From positions 1 to 26,283 of the forward strand of contig JAHHIK010000115.1 in NCBI GenBank assembly GCA_019358935.1: a stretch of 26,283 nt of DNA. Reading direction: 5' to 3'. Origin of the DNA: Tolypothrix carrinoi HA7290-LM1. Its GTDB lineage: Bacteria > Cyanobacteriota > Cyanobacteriia > Cyanobacteriales > Nostocaceae. The notes under the pieces are model-generated. The model was not told where the DNA came from and did no database searches. It saw only the letters and a program-made list of their open reading frames with translations. The translations under genes were made by a program, and so were the position numbers. This document shows, in pieces, positions 8,578 through 19,116 of the stretch (its first letter is position 1; each line of letters opens with the position of its first letter).

Positions 8578-9535
8578 AGCCTCGAATGAATTCAGATTTT
8601 GTATGGTAAATTCTTAATCAAAACTGCTTTCCCTTGGGGGATTTTTGCCGATGCGTAGAGTTGTACTTTGGCAAAGCCAGTCTTAACTTCTTAACTGTAC
8701 CATAACTAACTCTAGTTGCGTTGTGATGATTTCGGTTTTGTACGGTAATCACCACCTCAAAACTCAAATACCACCAAGCAGTTGTAGACACCGAGCAAAA
8801 AAATTAGTCGTCCTGGAACTTGCAGATATAGCAATTGTAAGGACGGCTAGTAAGACTTTATTTTTTCTAGTAACACAAAGCAGGCGTGTGAGTGATAACC
8901 AACTTATAGCACAAAGGGTTCAGTGGAAATTTTTGAGGAACGGTAAACTTTGCAGTTGCCTGAAAATATTCACCGTCTGTTTGAGCGAAACGTTATTCAC
9001 GATACCGCAAATATTTAGGGTTGGATTAACTAACCGGACATATTTATCTAAATTTAATATTTTTGCTTGTCACAAATCGCAAAGGCAAATTACAAACAGC
9101 GGTTTTGCGCTTCTATAACTATGATACTAAAAACAATTCTACATGAACTGCCGATGGGTGTATTTTTTTATTGCACCCGCAGAAGTAATAATTTGAGACA
9201 AGCAAGGAGCGATCGCACCACAGCAAAGCGCAAAAAAAAACGCCCAAATCGATTCAGGGCAAGCACTCTCAGGTTGCGCGACAGCCAAATCCAAGAAAAT
9301 CGCGCATTATTGCTGCGAAATTTTTCGCACAAATGTTAGTTCCTGAGTTGTCGATGGGTATCCTGAGCATGGGCAATTACCGATGAGAGTCGGATAGATT
9401 TCCTTAAGAAAGATTTTGCTTTGATCGGCAAAATACCTCGTTCTTGCGACGCATATATTGATTCTTTAGTCAATCCGTATATAGTTGTATTTTGCCTTCA
9501 GCCAAAATCAGTCAAGTTACTACAGCAGTTCAAAG

Positions 9536-9925
9536 ATGGCTATATCTGAAAAAGAATACATGATGGCGCGGATGAAGCGATCGCAGCGTCTGCAAAAGAT
9601 TGTCGCAGTGGTGTCTATAATGTCTTTCGCCGGTTCTACAGCGTTTGCGGTGATTCCTGCATTGCAAGAGGCTAATCATAAACCCCAGCCGGCAACTGCG
9701 TCTGTTGAGTCTTCATTAAAACAACAAGCGCGGGGTTTTGAGTTGGTTTTGCAGCGGGAACCAGAAAACCGAGTGGCTTTAGAGGGGTTAGTGAATGCGA
9801 GGGTACAGCTAAAAGACACTAAAGGTGCTGTTGAACCGTTAGAGAAACTGGTAAAACTGCAACCTGAACGCAAAGAATATAAAGCTTTGTTAGAGCAGAT
9901 GAAGAAACAAGTAGGAAAGAGCTAA
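9536..9925 (+). CDS. Small membrane-anchored TPR protein
   Basis: Basic N-terminus, hydrophobic [21 protein letters not shown]-like [19 protein letters not shown]…[17 protein letters not shown] 9536 preferred over TTG 9485; ATG near 9560 is also possible. Confidence 0.75.
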   Translation: MAISEKEYMMARMKRSQRLQKIVAVVSIMSFAGSTAFAVIPALQEANHKPQPATASVESSLKQQARGFELVLQREPENRVALEGLVNARVQLKDTKGAVEPLEKLVKLQPERKEYKALLEQMKKQVGKS

Positions 9926-10006
9926 GAGCGATCGCCCTTAGCTTAACTACCATTAAAAAGACAAAAATCTTGGTTGAATGCATCTTATTACAACAAATTA
10001 ACGAAC

Positions 10007-13000
10007 ATGAAAAAACATATCTTATTGTCTACAGAAGACCCTGGCGTTGGTGGAGTTGCACAATACAATCACTCACTTTTATGTGGATTAGTGAAATTAG
10101 GTTATCGAGTAACCTGTTTGCAACCACAAGCATTTAATGATAGCTCAATTACTCACCAACAAAACTTAGGTATTCAGCATCTATGGCTAGAAAAAGAGAC
10201 GGGAGAAAATTTGTTTCGCCTTTTCACAGAACCGGGCAAGAAACCAGATTTGATAATTTGTAGTAATACCAATCCCTTCTCCAATCTTGCCATCAAGCAA
10301 ATGGCTATTCAACTGGAGATACCCTATATTGTTGTCGAGGGACTTGTTGAGCCTCATCTAGCAGAGCATTTCGCAGCATACTTGAACGAGCTATCACATC
10401 AATATGCTCAAGCAAAGTCAGTAATTGCAGTTTCCTATGAGAATTTGAATTTATTACACAAACTCTTCAAACTTCCTAAAAATAAGGGACAAGTTATTTA
10501 TTACGGGCGACCTTCCGAATATTTCACGGCTAGTGATTTATCTATGCGTGAACGTCTGCGCCAACAATTGGACATTCCTTCAGATGGTGTGGTTTGCTTC
10601 ACAGCCGCACGCATAGAAACGCGAAAAGGTTATCAGTATCAGTTAGATGCAATTAAACAACTAATGCACAGCCCAGTGTGGCATCAACTTTATTTTGTCT
10701 GGGCTGGTGCTGGAATTTTTCACCCACAACTAGAAGCCCAACTTAAAGAAGCAGTTGAACATTTGGGAATTAGCGACAAAGTTATCTTTTTAGGACAGCG
10801 TTCAGACGTTTCAGATTGGCTAAATGTTGCGGATATTTTTGTGTTTCCTTCTCAGTTAGAAGGAATGCCTTTGTGTGTCATGGAAGCAATGGCAAAGGGA
10901 TTGCCTGTTATTGCTTCAGCAGTCAGTGGAATTCCAGAAGAGTTGGGTGAGACTGGCAAATTGCTAACTGACCCCAAAATTGATCCAGAAGCCACAGTGA
11001 AAGAATTGGTAACAACAATTCAAGAGTGGGTAATCAATCTTTACTTGCGCCAATCTATTGGTCATGCTTGTAAGCAAAGAGCAGAAGAAATGTTTAGGGA
11101 AGAAAGGATGATGAAAGAAACAGTGAAACTTCTTGAACAGGCATTATTACCATTTAAAGATTATGTTTCTCCTGGATATGAAATCATCCAACCAGATAAA
11201 TCTTTTCCCAATCTGATTGTGGGAGACACAAATACTTGTGGTTGGTCTTATCTGCGGCGAGAAATTCCCCATAACTGGTATGTAGACAAGCGGCAACCAA
11301 CTATTGGATTTCTCAGTCGAGATGAAGCTCATATTGTTTATAATACTGCCCTTAAGTTTAAGGGTAAGAAAGCTTTAGAAATTGGCTGTTGGCTTGGTTG
11401 GTCTGCCTGTCATATGGCATTGGCAGGAGTGGAATTAGATGTAATTGACCCTTTATTAGGCAGAGAAGATATTTACCAAAGTGTGAGGAATTCGCTTAAA
11501 GATGCTGGCGTTCTTGACTCAGTTAATCTGGTTGGTGGTTATAGTCCACAAAAGGTAGAAGAGTTAGCCGAACAACTACAGCGTAAATGGTCGTTGATTT
11601 TTATTGACGGCGATCATGAAGCACCAGGACCGCTCAATGATGCGATTATCTGTGAACAATTAGCAGAAGCAGATGCTTTAATTTTATTTCATGATTTGAG
11701 TTCCCCAGATGTAGCTCAAGGCTTAAATTACTTAAAGCAAAAGGGTTGGAACACAATGGTTTACCAAACCATGCAAATTATGGGGGTTGCTTGGCGGGGA
11801 AATGTTGAGCCAGTACAACATCAACCCGATCCAAAAGTTAATTGGAATTTACCAGAGCATTTACAAAATTATTTTGTGAGTGGTTCATCAATAGTTTCAC
11901 CAAAAGATGAATTTATGGAAATTATTAACAATGAAGTTATGGATGCTCAACAAGTGCAATTTTTGATGCAAGAAGCGATCGCCTTACTCAATGGTGGTAA
12001 AACTGTTGAGGCAATGCGAATGGCTGAAAAAGCTGCCTCTGCGGGCATCTATGTTGCAGGAATGCACTATGTAAGGTCTATCTGCTTATGTCGTGTTGGC
12101 AGGAACGAAGAAGGATTTGAAGCAGTAAAAACAGAACTAGAACTTAATCCTACACATCCCCAAGCCCAAGAACAATATCAAATTTTAGCCAGCGTCCTGT
12201 CTAAGCCAGTCACTACTAAAATTCCGACACATCAACGTCCGTGGCAAACAACTCTCCCACGAAACACGATGCTGTCAATTCAACATGCTTCCCATAATTA
12301 TTCCTATCGAGGGGTGCCGATGATTAAAAACCCCTTTGATTTTGCACTGTACCCACTCTTACTTTGGAATTTGAAACCAGCCACAATAATTGAAATAGGT
12401 TCTAAAGATGGTGGCAGTGCCCTATGGCTTGGGGATATGCTCAACAATTTTGGCATTGATGGTCACATTTATTCCATTGATATAGTCAAAGTGACTTCAG
12501 TCGAACATCCTCGCGTGACTTATATGGAAGGCAACGGTCGGGCATTGCAGGAAATCTTTACACCAGATTTTCTTAACTCATTACCGCGTCCTCTACTTGT
12601 AATAGAAGATGCCGATCATGTCTATGAAACCAGTCATCATGTATTAGAGTATTTTCACCGATATCTCAGAGCCGGAGAATATATTGTCATCGAAGACGGA
12701 ATTATTTCCGATTTAACACAAGACCCTGGATATAATAGCGGACCACATAGGGCATTAAAAGAGTTTCTGGCAATGCACCCAGACGAATATGAAATTGATG
12801 GTAGTTTTTGCGACTTCTTCGGATATAACTTAACTTGGTGTACAAATGGGTTTCTCAAAAAAATAGCTGATTCGCCTACAATAAATAATTTTGTTCGTAA
12901 TTTGGAACAATCATCTCCAACAATTATTGTTGACGGTGTATTTTTTCAACTCTACGAAACCGGGATTGCTCGTGTCTGGAATTCATTACTAGAAGAATGG

Positions 13001-14398
13001 GTAAACAACGGTTTTGCCAAGCATATTGTTGTACTTGATCGCGCTGGAACGGCTCCCAAAATTTCTGGTATTAGATATCGACTTCTACCAGCTTATGATT
13101 ACAACAATACTGATGCCGATCGCGAAATATTACAGCAAGTTTGTGATGAAGAAGGTGCGGATTTATTTATTTCCACTTACTACACTACCCCAATTACAAC
13201 ACCTTCTGTATTCATGGCTTATGACATGATTCCAGAAGTCATGGGATGGGATATGAATAATCCCATGTGGCAAGTGAAACATCAAGGTATCCAACACGCA
13301 TCTGCATACTTAGCAATTTCTGAAAATACAGCGCGTGATTTGGTGCGGTTTTTTCCAGAGATACCTTTAGAATCAGTAAAAGTTGCTCTTTGTGGTGTGA
13401 CAAGTAATTTCTCACCAGCGAGTCAAGAAGAACTGAATAGTTTTAGAACAAAGTACGGCATTTCCAAGCCCTATTTTATGATAGTGAGCATAGGCGGTTA
13501 TAAAAATACTATTTTATTTTTGAAAGCTTTTGCTCAACTTCATAGCAAACAGGCATTTGATATTGTCTGTACAGGGGGTGGAGGTTTACTCAATGAAGAA
13601 TTAAGTGGATACACATTGGGTAGTACTGTCCATATGCTGAAACTTAATGATGAAGAATTAAAAACAGCTTACTCTGGTGCAATAGCGCTGATTTATCCTT
13701 CTAAATATGAAGGTTTTGGTTTGCCAGTTTTAGAAGCGATCGCTTGTGGTTGTCCAGTCATAACTTGTCCAAATGCATCAATTCCCGAAGTTGCGGGTAA
13801 AGCAGCATTATATGTGCAAGATGATGATGTTGAGGAGATGGCAAATGCATTGTGTGAAGTACAAAAACCATCTGTTCGCAAATCGTTAATTAATGCGGGA
13901 TTAGAACAAGCGAAAAAGTTTTCTTGGTCAAATATGGCGAAAATAGTTAGTTCTACCTTAATTGATACTACTCTTTTGCCATTGAATCTCAAAGAGATTA
14001 ATTTAATTGTATTTCCAGATTGGTCACAGCCAGAAGAATTACTCGGTTTAGAGTTGCAAAAAGTGATTAGCGCGATCGCAACTCATCCAGCAAGCGATCG
14101 CATAACTTTGTTAATCGATACTACTGATATCTCTCCTGAAGATGCCGAACTTTTATTATCCGGTGTGACGATGAATTTGCTGATGGAAAAAGATATAGAT
14201 ATTAGCGAAGGTCTAGAGATTTCTCTAGTTAGTAACTTGGCTGATATTCAGTGGCAAGCTTTAATACCTCACATCCAAGCCAGAATTATTTTATCAGCGG
14301 AAAATCAACAGCGTAACGCACTTTATGGAGTAAACACTCCCGCATTTGAATTAGAAAAATTCACCACACAACAAAACGAGCAGTTTTTTTTTACTTAA
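10007..14398 (+). CDS. Giant multidomain glycan-modifying protein: GT4 - class I methyltransferase (Methyltransf_24-like) - TPR - CmcI-like O-methyltransferase - GT4 - accessory domain; truncated at a T9 run
   Basis: GT4 motifs EGMPLCVMEAMA and YEGFGLPVLEA; MTase LEIGCWLGWS…FIDGDH; CmcI-like KNPFD…IIEIGSKDGGSA…VIEDADH. Start set at ATG 10007 (MKKHILL). Confidence 0.85.
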   Translation: MKKHILLSTEDPGVGGVAQYNHSLLCGLVKLGYRVTCLQPQAFNDSSITHQQNLGIQHLWLEKETGENLFRLFTEPGKKPDLIICSNTNPFSNLAIKQMAIQLEIPYIVVEGLVEPHLAEHFAAYLNELSHQYAQAKSVIAVSYENLNLLHKLFKLPKNKGQVIYYGRPSEYFTASDLSMRERLRQQLDIPSDGVVCFTAARIETRKGYQYQLDAIKQLMHSPVWHQLYFVWAGAGIFHPQLEAQLKEAVEHLGISDKVIFLGQRSDVSDWLNVADIFVFPSQLEGMPLCVMEAMAKGLPVIASAVSGIPEELGETGKLLTDPKIDPEATVKELVTTIQEWVINLYLRQSIGHACKQRAEEMFREERMMKETVKLLEQALLPFKDYVSPGYEIIQPDKSFPNLIVGDTNTCGWSYLRREIPHNWYVDKRQPTIGFLSRDEAHIVYNTALKFKGKKALEIGCWLGWSACHMALAGVELDVIDPLLGREDIYQSVRNSLKDAGVLDSVNLVGGYSPQKVEELAEQLQRKWSLIFIDGDHEAPGPLNDAIICEQLAEADALILFHDLSSPDVAQGLNYLKQKGWNTMVYQTMQIMGVAWRGNVEPVQHQPDPKVNWNLPEHLQNYFVSGSSIVSPKDEFMEIINNEVMDAQQVQFLMQEAIALLNGGKTVEAMRMAEKAASAGIYVAGMHYVRSICLCRVGRNEEGFEAVKTELELNPTHPQAQEQYQILASVLSKPVTTKIPTHQRPWQTTLPRNTMLSIQHASHNYSYRGVPMIKNPFDFALYPLLLWNLKPATIIEIGSKDGGSALWLGDMLNNFGIDGHIYSIDIVKVTSVEHPRVTYMEGNGRALQEIFTPDFLNSLPRPLLVIEDADHVYETSHHVLEYFHRYLRAGEYIVIEDGIISDLTQDPGYNSGPHRALKEFLAMHPDEYEIDGSFCDFFGYNLTWCTNGFLKKIADSPTINNFVRNLEQSSPTIIVDGVFFQLYETGIARVWNSLLEEWVNNGFAKHIVVLDRAGTAPKISGIRYRLLPAYDYNNTDADREILQQVCDEEGADLFISTYYTTPITTPSVFMAYDMIPEVMGWDMNNPMWQVKHQGIQHASAYLAISENTARDLVRFFPEIPLESVKVALCGVTSNFSPASQEELNSFRTKYGISKPYFMIVSIGGYKNTILFLKAFAQLHSKQAFDIVCTGGGGLLNEELSGYTLGSTVHMLKLNDEELKTAYSGAIALIYPSKYEGFGLPVLEAIACGCPVITCPNASIPEVAGKAALYVQDDDVEEMANALCEVQKPSVRKSLINAGLEQAKKFSWSNMAKIVSSTLIDTTLLPLNLKEINLIVFPDWSQPEELLGLELQKVISAIATHPASDRITLLIDTTDISPEDAELLLSGVTMNLLMEKDIDISEGLEISLVSNLADIQWQALIPHIQARIILSAENQQRNALYGVNTPAFELEKFTTQQNEQFFFT

Positions 14399-16068
14399 GT
14401 AATAAATTCTTTGAGTCAGGGAGATGGCAAGAAGCTATCTCTCAATATCAAAAGATTTTAGAAACTCACATAGGAGATGTAGAACTTTATTCTCGCTTAA
14501 GCGAGTGTTACAGGCAGTTAAATTTTTTAGACGAATATTTTAACTGCCTTCAATCAGCAATTAAACTTTACCCCACAGAAGGAAAGCTGCATTTTTCATT
14601 GATAATCAACTTGCAGCGAAATGGACGTATCCAAGAAGCAATTTTAAGTGCCAATGCTGCATCTAATTCATTACCTAACGATTACACTTTTCAAATCCTT
14701 AAACACTTAATAGTTCCCACACTCTACGATAGTAAAGAAGACATTATTTCCTATCGTCAGCGATTTATAACCGGACTGCAAAACTTAATTCAACAAACAT
14801 CTCTATCAAGTCCTGAACAGCAAAAAAATGCTTTAGCGGGTATAATAAATTTAACGAACTATTACTTATCTTTTCAGGCTCAAAACGATGTAGAACTGCA
14901 ACGGCAATATGGAAATTTAGTCCAGAGAATTATGGAGGCTAATTATCCTCAATGGGTTGCACCTATTACCATGCCAAGTTTAAAGGAGAATCAGAAAATT
15001 CGCATTGGCTACGCTTCAGCTTATCTGCATTCTTATAGTGGAACACTTTGGTTAATTGGCTGGCTGAGTTATTGCGATCGCCAAAACTTTGAGATTTACT
15101 GTTACTACACAGGAAACGAACCAGATCCAATCACACAAAAATTTCAGCAATACAGTGATGTATTCCGACATATTCCTTATAATTTAGAAGCTGCTTGCCA
15201 ACAAATACTAGCCGATAAACTGCATATTCTCGTATATCCAGAAATTGGCATGGATGCTCAAACAATGCAAATGGCTTCTTTGCAGTTAGCACCCATACAA
15301 TGCACCGCTTGGGGACATCCCGTGACAACTGGATTGTCAACAATTGATTACTTTTTATCTAGCGAGTTAATGGAACCATAAAATGCACAAGAACATTATT
15401 CAGAGACATTAATTCGCTTACCTAATATTGGAGTTTCTTACCCCAAACCTTACATTCCTTCAATCACAAAAACTCGCGCAGATTTTCACCTAAAGGATGA
15501 TGCTGTTATTTATTTGTGCTGTCAAGCACCTTATAAATACTTGCCGCAATATGACTTTATTTTGCCAGAAATTGCTTGTCGCGTACCTCAAGCTACATTC
15601 GTATTTTTGCGCGGCAGTATCCTTAAACCTCGTCTACAAAGAGCCTTTGCCGCAGTTAATTTAAATTACGAGGATTACTGCGTCTTCCTGACGATTCCAG
15701 AACGGCTTGATTACTTAGCAATCAATGTGCTTTCAGATGTTTATTTAGATACTTTAAGTTGGTCTGGTGGTAATACTAGCTTAGAAGCGATCGCTTGCCA
15801 TCTTCCCATCGTTACCTGTCCGGGGGAATTGATGCGGGGTCGTCATTCTGACAGCTTTCTGAAAATGATTGAAGTCAGAGACACCATTGCACAAAATGAA
15901 GCCGAATATATCGAGATTGCTGTAAAATTAGGATTAGACCCAGTTTGGCGATCGCTAATTGCAGAAAAAATCAAACAGCGTTGCGATCGTCTCTTTGATG
16001 ACAAAGCTTGTGTCGCAGGTCTTGAAGCCTTCTATAAAGAAGTTTGTAGTAAGCACTTCAGTGCTTAA
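14392..16068 (+). pseudogene. Disrupted TPR plus GT41 (SPINDLY/O-GlcNAc transferase-type) C-terminal part of the giant gene
   Basis: Frame YLSNKFFESGRWQEAISQYQK (TPR-like) opens right after the T9 run and joins ORF 14599. In-frame TAA at 15379-15381 lies within LMEP*NAQEHYSE and the frame continues into ORF 15514. GT41 motifs RIGY, APIQCTAWGHPVTTG, LDTLSWSGGNTSLEA. Confidence 0.85.
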
Positions 16069-16095
16069 AAAATGGAGGGCTTAAGCCCTCACTAC
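16046..16095. repeat. Inverted doublet of GTAG-type REP-like palindromes; probably also a bidirectional terminator
   Basis: GTAGT-AAGCAC-TTCA-GTGCTT-(8 nt)-GAGGGC-TTAA-GCCCTC-ACTAC, between convergent stop codons. Confidence 0.65.
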
Positions 16096-16099
16096 GAGC

Positions 16100-18340
16100 C
16101 TATCTACCGTCAATATACCTTTGCCACATTTGCTCATAAGCCTTTTCCATCTCACGAGTAAACTGCTTCGCATTCCACAACGGTGCAGTTTGCCGCGAGG
16201 CTTTGAGCTTCCAGGCTATCTGTTGTCGCAAAGCCTCATCCTTACCCAAGCGCACCCCCCACTCTACATACTCTTCATCCGTCCAGGCAATGCCTTCTGT
16301 GATACCAGCATTCATCATCATGGTGTAGCTATTACGAGCAGCAAACTGTTCACCAACTCGCGTCACCAAAGGAATACACATCCACAGAGTTTCTAAAGTT
16401 GTCGTCGCTCCGTTGTAAGGATACGTATCTAATACAACATCAGCAATGCCGAGATTTGCTCGGTGAACTGATTCTGAAGGCACATCTGGGATAAATCGCA
16501 ATTTGGAACAGTCTACTCCTTCTTCTTCTGCTATCTGATTAAAGAAGTTTTTCAAAGATTCTTCCTCAGCAGTACCTTTAATCAAGAAGTAGCTATTAGG
16601 AACTTCTTTGATAATTCGCATTTGCAACCGCACTGTATCGGCGTTGCGCTTGTAACTTTTTTGAGCGCTAAGATATACAATGGCATCGCTGGGGATATCT
16701 AATTGATCGCGACGGAGATTAGGCACACCCACCTCAAAACCCTCCACAGCTATATAGGTTTGAGGTAAACGCCAAATTTTTTCTGAATAATATTCTTGTG
16801 CCTTGTTTGGTAAAACGTAGGGGTCAGCGATAAAATAATCAACTCCGGGGATTCCAGTAGCATCCCAAGCTAACCAAGTCACTTGAATCGGGGCAGGTTT
16901 TATCGCTAGAACTTCACAAGTAACATCTAGCGTAATGCTATCTAAATCGATGAGAATATCGATTTCATCTTTGTAAATTTGCTCAACGATTTCATAGCTG
17001 TTGCTTGATTTATGAACATTATCAACTTGAGCTATAAACCATTTATGGAGTGGTTCCGAGGTTTTTTGATTATTAATAAAGTAGCCATACAGTTCAAAGC
17101 GATCGCGCTCATGATGTTGAAACAACCATCGCGATAACCAGCCGACAGAATGACCTTTTAAACAATAAGACAGGTAGCCAATTTTTAATTTTTTAGGAAC
17201 AACACCCAGTTGTTGACGCTGTTGATGTCGCTGACGGCATTTCTCTACGTCTTTTTGAGCATAAACTTCCGTATTTGCTTGGCAGAGTTTAGCCAGTTGA
17301 TTCTGAATTAGTCTATCAGTTCTGGGATTATCTCGAAAGTATGGAGCGAAAAAATATGAATTGAATAGTTGTGAAACCTTCACTGAGCGCAGATTATTTG
17401 GTTGTTCTTCTATCAAAGAGCGTAGTAGTGATTCATGTTGCAAAAAGAAATAACGCGCTTCTTTCCAATATCCACCAGCGCTCATCAAACCTCGAATAAT
17501 CAGTTGGTTTGCCCACACTTTATCTATCAATTCTTTTACTAAGGAATAGCAGAATTTAGCAGTCTCTATACCCTTATCATGTTCCCCGGCATTTTGATAA
17601 AAATTAGCCAAGTGGCGTAATATTTCTGTATTTTTAGCATCCAAGCGCAAACATAATTCACCAAGACGTGCTGCTATTGCCGGTTGCAACTGGATGTAGG
17701 CAATATTAATCATTGCTGGCAGCATGACACCCAAAAAAGTCAAGGCTTGACTATTATTCTGGATATAAACTAAACAAGCTTCTACTAATTCCTGGGTGTA
17801 TGGATGCAAAGGTACAGAATCTAAAACACTTTGCAACATTTGCATCAATAGCTCAAAATCTACTCCTGAAAGTTGCTCTACTCGCAGTATTTTAATTGCT
17901 TCTAAAAGAGTCTCTAACCCTTCCTCTACATCTGTCTCCAGCTTGTTAGTAAGTATAATTAAATGTAATAAATTACTAATATTAGTTGGGCAAATTTCCT
18001 TTATTTGCTGCCGAATTATCTGAGTTGCTGCATAGTCTGCTAACTCTTTGCGTCGTTGTGCTTCTGTTGACAACACCTCCACTAATTCGGCATTCCACAA
18101 TTCGACTTCTTCCGGTTCACCCTCCATCAGTGCCATAAACCAAGTCGTTTGAGCTTCCACTTGTTGTCCCTGCAACAACAACATTAAGCCCAAATGCCAA
18201 TAATAAGATTTAATATCTGGCTTTGCATCAACTGCCAGCTCGTAGAGTCTAGCAGCCTGAGAGTAATCACCTTGAAGTAGGTATTGTTCAGCTTGCTGTT
18301 GCCATTGTTGGCAAGTAATCAAAGAGGATTTCATATTCAT
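16100..18340 (-). CDS. ogtA: TPR-containing O-linked GlcNAc transferase (GT41/SPINDLY family)
   Basis: N-terminal TPRs; LKIGYLS…HSVGWL, DILIDLDS, KPAPIQVTWL, LDTYPYNGATTTLETLW. It lies directly downstream of pilA, as established for Nostoc ogtA. Confidence 0.85.
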   Translation of the reverse strand: MNMKSSLITCQQWQQQAEQYLLQGDYSQAARLYELAVDAKPDIKSYYWHLGLMLLLQGQQVEAQTTWFMALMEGEPEEVELWNAELVEVLSTEAQRRKELADYAATQIIRQQIKEICPTNISNLLHLIILTNKLETDVEEGLETLLEAIKILRVEQLSGVDFELLMQMLQSVLDSVPLHPYTQELVEACLVYIQNNSQALTFLGVMLPAMINIAYIQLQPAIAARLGELCLRLDAKNTEILRHLANFYQNAGEHDKGIETAKFCYSLVKELIDKVWANQLIIRGLMSAGGYWKEARYFFLQHESLLRSLIEEQPNNLRSVKVSQLFNSYFFAPYFRDNPRTDRLIQNQLAKLCQANTEVYAQKDVEKCRQRHQQRQQLGVVPKKLKIGYLSYCLKGHSVGWLSRWLFQHHERDRFELYGYFINNQKTSEPLHKWFIAQVDNVHKSSNSYEIVEQIYKDEIDILIDLDSITLDVTCEVLAIKPAPIQVTWLAWDATGIPGVDYFIADPYVLPNKAQEYYSEKIWRLPQTYIAVEGFEVGVPNLRRDQLDIPSDAIVYLSAQKSYKRNADTVRLQMRIIKEVPNSYFLIKGTAEEESLKNFFNQIAEEEGVDCSKLRFIPDVPSESVHRANLGIADVVLDTYPYNGATTTLETLWMCIPLVTRVGEQFAARNSYTMMMNAGITEGIAWTDEEYVEWGVRLGKDEALRQQIAWKLKASRQTAPLWNAKQFTREMEKAYEQMWQRYIDGR

Positions 18341-18359
18341 AAAAATCTCTGTTTACAAA

Positions 18360-18390
18360 GAAATGAGTAGTGTGAAACACTACTCATTTC
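18360..18390 (-). terminator. Perfect 14-bp stem-loop between pilA and ogtA
   Basis: GAAATGAGTAGTGT-GAA-ACACTACTCATTTC, followed on the minus strand by a short T run. Confidence 0.7.
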
Positions 18391-18446
18391 CATAAAAGTA
18401 CAATCTACAAAACGAAGAACTATCAACAACAGAAGACTGTGTTTTG

Positions 18447-19001
18447 TTACTTACCCATCGGTTTGTAATCTTTGTTATTTGTCGCGCAATCAACCGTCGA
18501 AATGGTTTTACTTAGTGGTGCGACTGTAGTGGGGTTGAGAGCTTCACAAGCGAAGGCTGTTGTAAGTACTTCTGTGCTTGTACCACTACCACCTAAAGTT
18601 GTACCTACTATCCCAAAGTAGGATCTGAGCGCAGGTTTGATTGCAGTTCCCATGTTACCTACTACGGCACTACCAGAGTCGGTTACGGCTTCATACTTGA
18701 AACTTTCACTTTGGGTTTTAATGCCAATTCCCACAGCTTGAACGCTAGTGGTAAAGTTTTGGTTTTCTAGGAAATATGCTTGTTGGGCACGGTTAATCGC
18801 ACCGATATTTTGTTTAGCTTCAGACTGTCTGGCTTTAGAAATCTGACCTAGCAGAGAAGGTAGAGCGATCGCTGCTAGAACACCGATAATGATGACTACA
18901 ACGAGCAGTTCAATTAAGGTGAAACCCTCATCACTTTTTTTCTTGCGGTTGAGGTGTTGCAGAAATTTTACTTGCAGTTCGGGCTTGATTACTGGTTTCA
19001 T
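18447..19001 (-). CDS. pilA: Type IV major pilin (cyanobacterial Pilin_GH type)
   Basis: Prepilin cleavage/methylation site KKKSDEG|FTLIELLVVVIIIGVLAAIALP; KARQSEAKQNIGAINRAQQAYFLE; C-terminal Cys pair; AAGGA RBS at 19012-19016. Confidence 0.93.
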   Translation of the reverse strand: MKPVIKPELQVKFLQHLNRKKKSDEGFTLIELLVVVIIIGVLAAIALPSLLGQISKARQSEAKQNIGAINRAQQAYFLENQNFTTSVQAVGIGIKTQSESFKYEAVTDSGSAVVGNMGTAIKPALRSYFGIVGTTLGGSGTSTEVLTTAFACEALNPTTVAPLSKTISTVDCATNNKDYKPMGK

Positions 19002-19049
19002 TTTAAGTATATCCTTGGGGGGATGCGTGATTGATTGCTTATGGATGTA

Positions 19050-19057
19050 ACTTACCC
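19050..19057 (-). promoter_or_regulatory. Candidate SigF-type (group 3 sigma) promoter box for pilA, GGGTAAGT
   Basis: Minus strand AAAAGTGGGTAAGTT about 50 nt upstream of the pilA ATG; resembles the GGGTAA element of cyanobacterial pilA promoters. Confidence 0.55.
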
Positions 19058-19116
19058 ACTTTTGCCCGAGTTCATATCATCTCGGTCAAAAAAAATTGCT
19101 TTGACCTTTGCACAGT

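Noticed and set aside
8723..9339. ORFs 8723-9118 and 9067-9339
   Set aside because: Non-ATG starts, no recognisable motifs and atypical composition; probably spurious.
14599..16068. Two independent genes (14599-15381 and 15514-16068)
   Set aside because: Both start at internal TTG codons, share one frame, and together form a single GT41 domain split by a stop codon.
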